A DNA stretch of 64,000 nucleotides from Lama glama (Eukaryota), in the NCBI GenBank assembly GCA_028534125.1, contig CM052818.1, forward strand, positions 6,016,001 through 6,080,000, in the 5' to 3' direction. Position 1 is the first letter of the stretch. Every line of letters starts with the position of its first letter. The notes beneath the pieces are model-generated. The model was not told the origin of the DNA. It saw nothing but the letters and a program-made list of their open reading frames with translations, and searched no databases. Position numbers and translations under genes: made by a program. Shown in pieces: positions 37,901-50,305 of this stretch.

Positions 37901-38471
37901 TGATCCTCGGCTCTTTACTGACTCCCAAAGACAGCCTTTCACTGCACACTCACCTCCTTATGAGTAGGCAATATGGGCTCATCACACTGTTAGAGACAAT
38001 CGCTGGATCAAAAGTGAAATGAACTGGTAAGCACATTAAGTGGTTCAGGATATGTTCCTTTTTAGGAAAAGTTATTTTCAAAAGAAATGGGAGCTCGAGC
38101 TACACCTAAGAAACCAGAGAAACTCAGAAATGAGCAAAGCCCTCTTTTTAAACAGAGTGACAGCCTTGCTGATGCTTCATTTAGAGAGATGGCTAGAGGT
38201 TAGAAGGTGGGATGATCATGGAGATGCGGAGCCAGGAGGGACCGTGGAAGGAGACCTCACCCCAAGAAAGGGCTCGTATGGGATGCTCGGCAGCAGAGGC
38301 CGAGTGATTATGCTTTGCTGTCACAGAAACCCTGGGATAAGGGAAGGGATTTTTACGATCGGCAAGGAAAGATGCCGAAGAGTGAAGAGCCAAAGAGCCG
38401 TCCACTGAGCAGGAGCTAAGAACGATGAGTGTGCACAAGAAATTGGACGTGGGAATGCAGTCAATACATCT

Positions 38472-38476
<5 letters not shown>

Positions 38477-38521
<45 letters not shown>
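38477..38521. repeat. (TG)22 microsatellite
   Basis: Perfect TG run. Confidence 0.97.
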
Positions 38522-38522
<1 letters not shown>

Positions 38523-40929
38523 GGGGGGTGGTGTTGAAATTGCAGCAGTATTTGAAGCCTTTGAAAAAATGACAACATCAAAAACAACGTGGGGAATAAA
38601 ATCTACAAGGGACAGCTCGTCTGGGAGGAACTTCTTTTCTTCTGCGGATCACACTTATGCTAACCCGGTGGCACATTGGGTCTGAATATCTAGGCCCAGC
38701 ATTCGATACAGAATTGTGTAGTTTCCAACACGGAATTTTCCCCTTCAGTATGGTTTGCTACCTTCCTACTGGTTTTGCCTAGAAAATAAAAGCATTTTGA
38801 CTGGAGCTGGAAGAGATCTTTTTTTGCCCCCAAAGAATAGTTGATATCCAGGGTCCCTTCTGACTCTAAATTCCATGATCTTTGAAATTCTAGTGCTTGT
38901 CCCTATCCACCACTATAAGCAGAGGCTGGGACGGGAGGAGTTTGTTAACATCATAAATATTAAAGCGGCACTGGTCCTCTGCATACCAATGGCATAAACA
39001 GTACAACCTAAGAATTAGGCAAAGCACATTTTGCAAGTCTACACAGATGTGCAGGAGTATGTAAACTACTTTCTCTATTTCTGGAAGCTAAAGAAATCTC
39101 ATTTGTAAAACAGTTTTTTTCTCCTGCCCTTCTCTTAGCATACCCCCTACCCCAAACTTCAACTGCTGCTCCTCTTACCACGAATGCAGTATTTCTGATA
39201 ATTGTTTCTTTCCTGCTATAAAATGTCAGTTCTTATTCCCATCTCCTTTTTTTATGACACAGCTGCATTTGATGAAATAAAAGGTTACATTTTTAAAAAA
39301 ACGGAGGTCCATTTAAAATGTAAGAAAGATATTTCTATTTCCCCTTGACAAAGTTGTTAAACAGTTCTCCCATGTTGGCCCAATTTTTTAAAAAACCTGT
39401 TAATTGGAAACCCGAAAGTATTTTGGGAAGATCCCAAGAAAGGTGTGAGGACTTTGCATCTAGATTAGGTATGCAGGGTCCTTGGATTCCATCAAAAGAC
39501 TGAGTGACCTTGTGGACACTGAGTATTAAGTCTAATTGTCCAGGTTGTGAATTATTAAGAGCATCTAGCTTCTTTCACTTCCTCTCAGCCAGCCTTTCTG
39601 CTTCCCACGTAGACCTCAGGTCCAACAACATTTTTGAGCAACGACTGTAGATCACAGGTACTTGTGAGGGACTGACTCTTTTATCTTCTCCAAAAGTCTT
39701 CAGACTCTGAAAGTCAGGTTCCTTCCCTTGTATCACAGAAGCCCCTAATCCAGGTGACCAGAAGGAAGAAAGATGAGCCTCACACGGATTTACATGCAGT
39801 TCTGGTCAAAGACTTGAAGAAGCAGATGCTAAACTAAACTTTATTGCTAAATTTCTGGATTAACTAGGCTTATGTTGGTCACCCATAGTGGGGAAACAGA
39901 AATAGAAAGGAGATTATAGTTGTTCACTTAATAGATGGGAGATTCTCTGCAGAGATAATTCTCCATGGCCAATCATTTTAAAAAGGTTTTTGAATGCAGT
40001 CAGTCTTCTGAGAGAGAGAAGTTAACAGCTAAGCTCTCTAAAACTCACACCATACGTGGATGAAACCAATAGTAATACATGGGAAGGGGACTAAGAGGCA
40101 TTACTTGAGAACGTTTAAGAATACTTTGCAAATAAATTATAGTTTATTTGATTCCACAGTTTAAGAACAAATATGAAAACCTACTGATGCTTCCCCTCCA
40201 ACCTGACCTGGCACAGCAGGAGACTTCCACTCTAGTGCCAAGGCCAGCATCCATGCAATGGTGGTTGTTAAGTAGTTTTAATAACCCCTCTATATAGCAC
40301 ATGACTCACAAATCTATCCTGACTCAAAATTCTTGGGTCCTAAATAGTCCTTTGATCGTCAACATCACTGATAACATAATATTACACCTACAGCAATATT
40401 TAGCACTGTCAGTGAAAGGATAATCATTTATTTCATTCAGAATCAAACAACCAAACTTGTAAACTTCAAGGAACTTCCATAAAGGAGTTAGTCACTCACC
40501 TGCCACCAGAAAGAGCCTTTCCAGGGTTTTATGCGTTGGGAGAAATTTGGAGTTTCCCTTGTCGCCCCAGCTACAGAGCTCTTAAAAACTAATGGGATTG
40601 AACTATGAATTAAAGAAGGGATCATTCCACGACATCCCTGGCGTACAAAAGCAGAGATTAAATCATAGTTTTTGGGTTTTGATCATGCCAGGAGTTGTGG
40701 GTGTGGGTTGTACAGGTGCACGTCTTCTATGCTTACAACACATTTATACACACACACACAGAGGGTGAGCATTTTGCCTGTTAGAATACACGAGATGGCA
40801 CTTCCATAGTGACCCTCCTATAGTAAGCTGGCTACTGTAACTATGAAAATGGCCCTAGCTTCCATCCAAAACTAGATGACAGAGAAAGAAGAATCTCAGC
40901 AGAAGACAAGAACCAAACTACCAAAGCAG

Positions 40930-41315
40930 TCAACAAATATTTACTTTTAAAGTGTCCATGTGTTTCCACTTTCCCAGACCAGGATTCCCTTCCCTAAAAC
41001 AGTTTATATCCTAGAGAATAACACATAATCAAATCAGTAAATAAACCAATTTTAAGTTCTAGAAAATTCTATATAGAAGACATTAAGTTAAAGTGGAGGG
41101 GAGAATCTGAGGATGGGTCATTTGAGTTGAGACCTGAATGGTGATAAAGTGCAACCACCTGAAGAACTGGAGGAAAGAGCCTTTTAAGGAACACAAATAT
41201 GGGGTGGAAAGGTGCTGAGACAGCTGTGAGCTTTATACTGTGAGTTACAGAAAGAAGGCCCACGTGGCGGGAGCAGAGTGAAGAAGGTAGGACCCAAGGG
41301 AGAAGAACTCACAGG
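40930..41315 (-). mobile_element. L2 fragment
   Basis: caacaaatatttact; catttgagttgagacctgaatgg; agaaagaaggcccacgtggcgggagcagagtg. Confidence 0.7.
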
Positions 41316-41321
41316 GAGGGA

Positions 41322-42142
41322 ATTTTGCTGCCAGCAGTGTGGCAGATCAGCTGCTCTGAAAGTCCTCCCGCCGCAGAACCCCTAGTGCTGAATCAACTAC
41401 AACATGCTTTTTAATGCACAGCTGAAATTGTATGAAAGTACGGTAGAGCCACATGGGCGAAAATCTACTTCGTGAACTGAAACCAGAGTGGTGAGTTAGT
41501 TAATGGGGAAGCTGGGTCTGCCCTGGGGCAGTGTTATTAGGCGTCTAGAGCTCTGGGGATTAATGATCACACGGAGACTAGGTTGGGCAAACAAGACGGG
41601 GAGATGATAATGAGGGCCCTCCTCTCAGTGAAAAGCTTGGGGGAAAAGGCTAGAAAAAGGTGCCATCGTGGAAACTTTTATGTCTCAAACTGCAATTCCA
41701 TTTGGAGGAAAGAATATTCTGGGGCTCAAGTTTATTCTACCTTGGACGACAAGGAAATCTCAAACTGAGAAATTAAATTAAAACAGCCCTTGGATCCTGG
41801 AAAAAGGAAACAGAAATTTTCTTAGAGGAATGTACCTGTTATTCAGGCCCCTCATGATTCTATTTCAATGAAATAGTGAGTTTTTTATTAAAAATTACTA
41901 AATTCATAAGGAACCAAGCTACTGAAAGAGCCACCAGAAACAAAAAAACCATTAGACTTCTAAGAACTTCAGATGATGGAATTCTTAGAGAACATAAAAT
42001 AACTGTGTATGAAATATTTAAATAAGTTAAAAAGTGGAGTAGAAAAATATGAGCAAAAAATAAGCTTCAAATGATCAATTTGGAAAAAAAATAGAATTTA
42101 TGGAAATAAAAAACATAATACTTAACATTAAAAACTCAAGGG
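41322..42142 (+). mobile_element. Old L1-related 5'UTR/ORF1 remnant (HAL1 or L1ME-like)
   Basis: 5' block gctgccagcagtgtggcagatcag...tttttaatgcacagctga; degraded ORF1 aagaacttcagatgatggaatt...taaaataactgtgtatgaaatatttaaa...ggaaataaaaaac...attaaaaactcaa. Confidence 0.7.
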
Positions 42143-42149
42143 CTATTTG

Positions 42150-42470
42150 TTAATAAGGACAAAGCTCTCGGGCATTTGAACACTTCGAGGAATGAAGAGA
42201 CTACACAAGTCAGACAGAAAGAAAAGGAGGGGGTGGGGAATGAGGGTACTCTAAAGAGGAGAGGATTTCAACAAAAAGGGTGTGGCCCACCATGTCAGAA
42301 AACTGTTAAAAGTAAAATGAGGACAGACTATTAGCTATGGACAAAAAGTAATTCATTGTTGACCCCAATAATAGCCATTTCAGGGTTGAGGTGGAATGCT
42401 TGAGGAGGAAGAATGGGAGGTGAGAAAGTAATTTTAAGAAGTAAGTTTGGGAAGTTTTGAAGCAAAAAGG
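42150..42470 (-). mobile_element. L2 fragment
   Basis: tcattgttgacccc...agccatttcagggttgaggtgg...gaatgggaggtgagaaagt. Confidence 0.55.
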
Positions 42471-43914
42471 AATTTTACTGCTATCTTTTAAATTTATATC
42501 AAGGTTTTTTATATGCTTATAGGAATAATCTAATAGGCAAAAATCGATGATGGGGGAGGATGATAATGGTTACAGAACTGAAGTCTCTGAGAAGGTGAAG
42601 GATAAGTGGGGCACAAGAGGAGCTGGCCTGAGATGAGCTCAGGCACGTGAGACAGGAATGTCAGTGTTTCCATGGCCTGTCCGCTGTGGCTACAGGTGAA
42701 CCCCAACGTGTCTGGGGGTACATGGGGCGGTACATCCACACCGTCTATGCACATGGGATTTTGCTCAGGCCAGGAACCCACATTTATGGCCCAGTCTAGC
42801 TAGTCTCTCAAGGTACCAGTCCTGCTCTGAGGTCCAGCTCAGTCCTGGGTCATATTCAGGGTGGAGTTGCTGACCATGAGTCTCAATTAAACCAAACCTG
42901 CTAAACCAATTATGCTGCTCTTTGGGGAATCTCCCCAATACTGCTTCTCCTCAAGCTGCTGACATGCCTCCCAGGGCCCAGCTTGCAAACAAGTTCATTC
43001 CAGCCATCTCCCAGCCCAGCTTCCCCTTCCAAGGGTGTCTGCATGGAGACTGGGATGCTAAGTCCACGCATTTCGCTCCCTCCTAGCGCACACAAGAGTC
43101 TAATGACTAGCAGGGCGCCTGCAGCACAGGCTTGGACTGACCACCAAATTAGGGGCCAGGAGGCATCTAAGTCTGCCTTCCCCATTCTGTAAGAACAAAA
43201 ACCTGACCCACCCAAAGAACCCAGTGTGAGTGTGAGGTTGGGGCCTCCAGTTCTGAATGCCACCTCATGGAAGCACCAGCCTATGGAGCTTCTTCCTTAG
43301 CTCTTCTCTGGAGAACGGAGGCCAGACTGTCAGACGGAAAGGCAGGGCTCCGGGGGACCCACTGAGCCCCGCCAAGCAGCAGCTGAAACTTTACCTTCAT
43401 CTCACTCACAAAGCGTCCCTCCTACAACAAGGGTCCTGTCTTATTTAGTGTCACAATTTAAGTCCAAACATCCTTCACATTCGGGATGGAAGAAATGTTT
43501 GGACCCATCCTTGCCCATAAGGCAGCCACGCCTTGTATCACAATGACCTGTGGCTTTTCACAACTTGTGCTCACGACTTTGACCTCCACCTTCTCAGGGT
43601 CAGCATGATTTTGAGGCACCACAGAATGAAACAGGGATTTCGCCTGCATTTTCAACTTGGGGAAAGTGGCAGCTTTGACATATCCCTAGACGTGAAACAA
43701 CGGCTCTGCAATGTGGTCAGGAAGCGTCTACTGAGGGATGACCGGCCTGGGGGTCCTGCTTAACCCACAACCAGCCTCTCCGACCTTTGAGACGTCTACG
43801 ATCTCTTCTAAGAGATGGAGCAATGTCTCCTGCTCTGCCTGGCCTGCCGTGGACACAACAACGCGTTGCTTCAGTGTTCTGAAACTGCAGGATCGTCATG
43901 AAGGTATTTTAACA

Positions 43915-44052
43915 CAGTAATTCTCAAAGTTTGCTGCACACTCAGATCATGTCAGGGAGAACTACCGTCTCAGAATCTCTGGGTCTGGGGCCCAGGCCAT
44001 GACACTTTTTAAAGTTTTCCAGATGAATCCAGTGTGCTACCAAGTGTTTGGT
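43915..44052. mobile_element. MER5A-like MITE (internally deleted)
   Basis: cagtaattctcaaagtttgctgcacactcagatca; tcagaatctctgggtctggggcccagg; tttccagatgaatcc. Confidence 0.75.
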
Positions 44053-44169
44053 GAAAGTATCAGTGAACAAATGTTAAGTTAAAATTTGGCCCCCATGTGG
44101 TGCTACCAATGCAGATAACTGAGGTAACAAGTGGATAAACAAGTTTTACGGACTGCAAATTTCACATAT

Positions 44170-44300
44170 ATTCCAATATCTCATATGTCACAATTTACTC
44201 GTTTGCTCAATAGATGCAAAAGTTTTGGATACCACATATCAATTTCAGAAAAAGTTAAACTGTGAAGAAATATGCGGCTCAGCAGCTGGGAAACACAGTC
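44170..44300. mobile_element. Possible TcMar-Tc2 (MER104/Kanga-like) remnant
   Basis: tcaatttcagaaaaagttaaactgtgaagaaatatgcg...gggaaacacagt resembles a Tc2 terminus. Confidence 0.35.
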
Positions 44301-44389
44301 ATGTTATCAGTAGCCACAAGGAAGTCTACCTAAAAGCTTTTCAACCAGAGGATCCTTCTTTTGACTGAAATTTGGGTTCTGAGTTCAAA

Positions 44390-44552
44390 GGCCTCATCAC
44401 TCAGTGTGATGATCTGAGGACAAGGAGCATCGGCAGCAAAAGGGTCTTGTTAGAAATGCAGAATCCTGCCTCTTCCCAGACCTGCCGGCTCAGAACCCAC
44501 AGCTTCACAACACCCCTGGGTGACTCGCACATCTAAGTTTGAGAGGCTCTGA
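44390..44552. mobile_element. MER5A-like MITE
   Basis: agcatcggcagc...cttgttagaaatgcagaatc...cccagacctgc...tcagaacc...gggtgactc...aagtttgagagg. Confidence 0.8.
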
Positions 44553-45102
44553 TTTAAAGCACTACAGAAAGAAGACAAGGTGGGCAAACAAATCCAAGGA
44601 TTAAAATTGAACAATTCAAGGGGTTTAGTGTTCCACAAACTCACTAACCAAACCCTTTAAAGCAGAGTGTTTGGATTCTGCTGCTCAAAAAGGAAAGCGT
44701 TCTGTTGTGGGTTCCTCTCCTACCTCTTACTGCCGGTGTTAACAGGACACAAATCTTTTAGGCAAAGCTTTGAGAAGGGCTGGGTCCAGCAGAGCCATGG
44801 AGGCTGACGTGTTCGTGTTTCCATTCCTTCCCTCTCCTTCTGTGGTTTTGGTTGCTGGGACCATTTACATGATGATAGGGTCTTTGTTGCTCAGAAGTCC
44901 ATCCGTTCCTTCAGTTGATTACCCCCCTGAAGTTACTGTGCTCGGCTTGTGACATCATGACTGACTCCAAGGCAATCGATTACAATTTCATAAACTCAGA
45001 ATTGGGACCGCAGGCGAACAAGAGCTGATGTGCTCATAAGTCGCAAAGCTCCCGTGCTCATGTAAATAGCTCTAGTGAACAGGCAAACCTAAGTACTAGA
45101 TA

Positions 45103-45103
<1 letters not shown>

Positions 45104-45139
<36 letters not shown>
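45104..45139. repeat. (CA)18 microsatellite
   Basis: Perfect CA run. Confidence 0.95.
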
Positions 45140-45142
<3 letters not shown>

Positions 45143-45859
45143 AGCTGGGGTGGGGGGTGGGGGAGGGTGGGAGACAGAGTTTGAGATCATCATGATTCAA
45201 CAGGGCAGATTCCCAAACTGGCAAACTGTCTTTAATGCTTCAAGGCTTGTAGAGCTCTTAAAACAAGGAGATGACGTACCCTCCCTTTGGTCATGATTAT
45301 ACCACACCCTACTTTTGGCATTCTCTGGCTTTGGGGACTGTAGCATTTAAGACAAATGCATACAGTTCCAGGGCCTTCAGAAGGAAAAACAGGCCAAACT
45401 GCCAGATGAATTGGGTTTTTTCCAACATTCTGGGACAGATGACGCACACCAACCTCTCCAAGGACCGAAACACAGACGCATGACTATGTACCTGCACTTT
45501 CACATATGATATCGCCCTAAATACTGACGTATTTTATTCAATTCAACAAATATTCCTCAGACACCTATGCCTCAAAGGGACTCTGCAGGGCTCTTCAGCG
45601 AGCACTCAGATAAGTCATTAAAAATACTCACTGATATCTCACGGCCCATTAGATTATCGTGGCACGTGCCACATTCAATAAAATCCTTTGAGCTTCAAAA
45701 AAAAAACACTGTTAAGGAGAAAGAGGATATAGTAATAAGAGCAGGTAGTATATCTAAATCCACATCATCTATAATGAAGGCATGACTTGCTTGGATTCTG
45801 AATTTGATTTTGCCTTATGACTAATTCTGTAGGTTCTGTTTTCATCTCCTAAGTTTTTA

Positions 45860-45980
45860 GGTTCTATTTTGGGATGAGGAAACAAACACAGAGAGATTAA
45901 ATAACTTGCCAGAAGGACTCACAGAGAAAACTTATCAGAGCTGGCACCCAGACCCAATCCTCAGGCTCTGACCATGATGC
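45860..45980 (-). mobile_element. MIR core
   Basis: gatgaggaaacaaacacagagagattaaataacttgcc. Confidence 0.7.
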
Positions 45981-46124
45981 CCAAAATTTATAATCCAAGA
46001 AAGTGACCATAAGTCCTAAAACATAGATAAGATAATCGTATCATGTATCTTATAATATCAATAAACCACTTATTATTTACCTGTCACCCTGTAGTGTGTG
46101 GGGGGGTGTGGGTATCAGAATAAG

Positions 46125-46290
46125 GTTAAGTGCTATGAGGAAAGAAAAACAGGAAGGCTTTCCATATTAGAACAGCTTTATGAAAGACGTGGCATTTGAG
46201 CTGGACCTTCTCAAAAACTGAGATTTTAATAGCCAGAATCGAGAGAAGTAATCCAGATGAGGAGAGAACATAGCCAGTCAGCAGGGAAGC
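46125..46290 (-). mobile_element. L2 fragment
   Basis: taagtgctatgagg...agctttatgaaagacgtggcatttgagctggacctt. Confidence 0.6.
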
Positions 46291-46947
46291 TACTGGGTTA
46301 ATATGGTGGGTTGAATATACATCTGATTTCAACCCCTCCAGAAACCTCTAAAACCATAGTAAAGCGATTTCTTTTGCAAACGACATCAAGGGAGAGAAGA
46401 CAGAGACACCCAACCTCTGAAAGCTGGAAAGCGGGTAGTTGAGCAGACCTAAAACTGGTAGTGGGAAGGCTGAGGACAGACCCTATTTATCCTGCAGAAT
46501 CCTCAAAGGTCAGCGAAGGGCAGCACCAGATCTCTTTGGGAACTGGGGATGAAAGGGGGATTAAAGGAGAGAAGAATAGGAAAAACTATTTGATGGATAC
46601 ATTTGTTTTTATTTTTTGACATATATTAAATAAAAATTAAAAATCCTTAATTTTTCCCCCGTGCTCCAAGATGCTGTGAGGTTTCCCCTCCCCAATCAAG
46701 TGAGACAACTGGAGGAATTTTCTCTGAAGAAGGTGTAACAGAATGTCTCTGGAGCAGGGGATGCCATCACAGCTGAAGGGGATGGGAACTGTGCCAGAAG
46801 AACCACATGCACACTGATGCTCAGACCCCCTGCCTTCATCTCCCACTGGATCCCAGAACGCTGGCAGCCAAACTCCCATCTTCCATGGAGGAGACTGGAA
46901 AACCTTTCCCAGGGAATCTGATCAGCTCAAGAAGAAAGAAGTACAGA

Positions 46948-47099
46948 AGAGGGGAAGGTTTAGCTCAGTGGTAGAGCGCATGCTTGGCATACACGAGGTC
47001 CTGGGTTCAATCCCCAGTACCTTCATTTAAATAAATGAATAAACAAACCTATTTACATCCTCTCCCTGCCCCCAGGAGAAGGAGGAGGAGAAGGAAGGA
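46948..47099 (+). mobile_element. tRNA-Ala-derived SINE, camelid vic-1 type, with 17-bp TSD
   Basis: A box TAGCTCAGTGG (46961), B box GGTTCAATCC (47004), tRNA-Ala-like head, then an AT-rich and a C-rich segment; flanks gaagaaagaagtacaga (46931-46947) and gaagaaaggagtacaga (47100-47116). Confidence 0.88.
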
Positions 47100-47644
47100 G
47101 AAGAAAGGAGTACAGATACTGACTTTAGGCCTTTCCTAAGAAATAGGCAAAATCACTACTGTGAAGCTCAGAGTGGGCAAGCCACACCCACACGCCCAGA
47201 ATTTCTATCACAAGTTTAGGTCCCCCGTCTTAGGCATGAATATACAAGCAAGAATGACCAGCTGTCTAAGGAAAGCGCCCAGTATGAAAGGTGGGCACCA
47301 AATCACACACACACACACACATGAGAAAGTCCAACAAAATCAACAGTATCCTCAGAGACAAGACAGTGTACCTATGCACCAAACCTGGAAAGCTATTAAA
47401 AAAGGGAACAACAAATAGAAACTAAAAAATAAACAGAATTAAAAAGAGCTCTTGGAAATTAAAAGTGTATGAGGCTGGAATATAAAGTTGAAGAAATCTT
47501 TCAGAAAACAGGACAAGGAAAAAACAAGATTTGGAAAACAAACAAAAAGACAGTCACTGCTCAAATCAGGGAATTGATCATCTCAATAACGAGCATTTCA
47601 GAAAGAAAGGAGAAATAAAATAGAAACATAATAAACATGACAAA

Positions 47645-47757
47645 AAGCCGATATTTTATAATAACTACAGAGAATGACCTTTAAAAACTGTGAATCCCTG
47701 TTGTACACCTGGAACTTATATGATGTTGTACATCACCTATACCTCAATAAATAAAGA
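47645..47757 (+). mobile_element. Artiodactyl-type L1 extreme 3' end
   Basis: cctttaaaaactgtgaatccctgttgtacacctggaacttatatgatgttgtacatcacctatacctcaataaataaa. Confidence 0.85.
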
Positions 47758-48310
47758 ACTAACTGGTATAAAAAGCTTTAAATCTGTATGATGAAGAAAG
47801 ATATTGTTAAAAAAAAAAAGAGTCCGTAACTACAGGATGCGAGTTATTAGGCCAAAAGGTTCACTAGGTACCCAGCACATTGGGCGAAAGTACACCCTCA
47901 GTCACTGGGAAATATCAGGACACCGGAGAGAGAACATGGATCCCACACGCTTCCAACAAGAAAGTTCAGGAGGATTTTAAAGGGGGAAACCCCGCATAAC
48001 AGCTGAACACCACACACAGAGGCAACTGGTCCCCATGGGAGCAGTCCAGCTCGAGAAAAAACACCCAGTAACGGCTTTCATCACCAAGATCTCCAGTGCC
48101 ACTACACCGTCCTTTTAACCCAAGGAAAGAGTGCCCAGGTGCACCTGGCTGGTGCAGATTCTTACTAGTGCTTGGCTTGTGTTTTTTTGTTCTGGTCAAG
48201 TTTCTGTCCTCCATGCCCCGCTGCCTGGATCAGACGAGGGAGATGATTTCACCAGTAGAAGACCTGCTCCTGAGAGCCGGAGGTGGAACGGCACAGAGAG
48301 CATCCACTCC

Positions 48311-48721
48311 CGTATCCGTCTTCTCCAGCCGCCATGACAAAAGACAACAGACCGCGAGCCTTCAACAACCGAAATGTACTTTCTCACTGTTCTAGGGGCT
48401 GAAAGCACAAGATCAAGGTGTGGGCAGGTCTGCCTTCTCCAGGGGCCTGCACCCTGGGCTTGCAGACAGCAGTCTTCTCACTGAGTCCTCACATGACCTT
48501 TCTTCTGTGCATGTACATCCCTGGTGTCTCTTGCTGTATCCAAATTTCTTCTTGCAAGGATACCCGTCAGACTGGATTAGGGCCTCCCCTAAAGGCCTCC
48601 TTTTAACTTAATCACCTTATTATAAGGCCCTATCTCCAAATACAGTTACCCTCTGCAGTACTAGGGGTTAGGGCTTCAACATATGAATTTGAGGAGGAGG
48701 GGATAGAGTCAGCCCGTAACA
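48311..48721 (-). mobile_element. MLT1A-like MaLR solo LTR with 5-bp TSD
   Basis: ttctcactgttctaggggctg...agatcaaggtgt...ggcttgcagac...ttaacttaatcacct...ggttagggcttcaacatatgaattt...cagcccgtaaca; ACTCC on both sides (48306-48310, 48722-48726). Confidence 0.92.
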
Positions 48722-49654
48722 ACTCCCTCTGACCGTATTTCTGCTGCACACCGGCTCTGCCAGACGCCCTGTCCACTGACCTCCCCCTAGGAGGGCCTCA
48801 AACCAGACATGAGCCAGAAACTCTACTCAGCTTGTCTTCTCCCGGAACTTCTGTCAAAGAGCGTTAACACCACCCCCAGTCTTTCCTTCCCCAGCTAGGT
48901 TCACATGTGTATGTGTGTTTACAGGAACAAACATATAGGTGAAATAACTACCAAAAAGGGGGAAAACAGAAAGAAGACCAGGGGAATAAGGAAAACAAAA
49001 GTGGGGATAACAGCTTCACGTGAAAGAGCAGCAGGTAAGGTAAAAAGAAGGCGGCCTTCAGCAGGCTTCTATTTCTTGACCTTCATGGTGGATACGCTGG
49101 TGTTAGTTTTATAACTGGACTTGTGTCTGGCAGCAGTGGAGAAAGCTGCCACCTGGCTTCACTTGGCTGTTCGAAGCCACTGTCCTGACTGAGCTGGGTC
49201 AAACTCCACGGAGTCACATCTTCAGTGTGTCAGCAGAGTCAGGCCCTTTCCTTACCTCTGTGCACCTTGCATTCCACTGTAAAACAGCCCTGCATGTAAT
49301 GTGGAAGGATCTCTCTCGGCTCCCTAAGTGTTCTGACCAAGGACCAGTGGAAGGGAGGTGCTGGTGGCCATGCTAGTGGAAGGCATCGGCAGGTCTTCGC
49401 AAAGGTGACATAATAGGTGGCCTTGGGAAGAGGGCAGGGGAGCCCTTTTTGTAGTTGGAGCGGTCACAGCTTTCCCCAGCTGCCTGAGGGGCCCACCCAG
49501 CAGTGACCTGGCTATTAACAAAATGTGTCTAAGCCCAGTAAATCTCATGCTAGAACACTGAGAGTGATGCTCTAATGAATTCCCTGACGTACCACGTGCT
49601 TGCCACTACTTGCTCACGCGCTTGCTCACTACTACGTCTGCTTTTCACAGTAAG

Positions 49655-49812
49655 CTCATTCAGCAGGCATTATCAGACCTCGCCTAACACACGAGGAACT
49701 GAGAACTGAGGAGGTAAGTAATTTACCTGGGCACACACAGCTTCTCACGATGGATTCAGGAGTTAAACCCCTTCTGACTGCAAAGCCCAGGCTGCTCCTA
49801 TTATGCCATGTG
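49655..49812 (-). mobile_element. MIR SINE
   Basis: gaggaactgag...gaggtaagtaatttacctgggcacacacagct...tctgactgcaaagcccaggctgctc. Confidence 0.75.
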
Positions 49813-49929
49813 CCGTGAGAGATCTTACCCTTCCACGTTTTCTGCTGCAGCCTCCTCACACCTTGGAGATACGAGGGAGCGCAGAGGTCAGCTGACGGTT
49901 TACACCTTGCAGCACACCCCTTCACAGCA

Positions 49930-50305
49930 TGCCTGAGCAGGGGCCACTCCTCACCCCCACCCATCAGCAGTGGTGGCTCACTCCCTCACAGTGGGCAGCT
50001 TTGACAACAAGTTCATTGTTGAGCTGGGATCTACCCTCCTGTTCGTTCCTTCACTGGTCTTTGTTCTGTGCTCAGGAACAAGTCAGAGCAGGCCGTCTAT
50101 CTTCCTTGTGATACCTTCGTATACTTTGAGGCAGGTACCACCTTCAGTTCGCTTGGGCTTCCCTCCTCCCTGCTCAACACCCCTATTTTCTCAGGCAGCG
50201 CATCCTCTGGATGGCCTCTTACTTGTCAGTGACCTCAAAATATGTCACAGGAAGAGTGGACCACAGCACTGCAGGTGTAAGCTGGCCACAAGCCGAATAC
50301 TGTGA
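49930..50305 (-). mobile_element. L3/CR1 LINE fragment
   Basis: ggcagctttgac...gttgagctgggatctaccctcctg...cactggtctttgttctg...ccttcgtatactttgaggcag...gaccacagcactgcaggtgt resembles reverse L3. Confidence 0.65.

Larger units (their letters stand above)
46295..47965 (+). mobile_element. HAL1 (Half-L1) remnant, interrupted by a SINE and an L1 tail
   Basis: ORF1-like blocks aaagagctcttggaaattaaaa, ataaagttgaagaaatctttcagaaa, ttcagaaagaaagg, gtacccagcaca, gaaatatcaggacacc and gatcccacacgcttcca match recalled HAL1 consensus order. Confidence 0.75.

Noticed and set aside
46951..47026. Functional tRNA-Ala gene
   Set aside because: Anticodon stem has mismatches, the anticodon reads GGC, and there is no oligo-T terminator; it continues into a SINE body and is flanked by a TSD.
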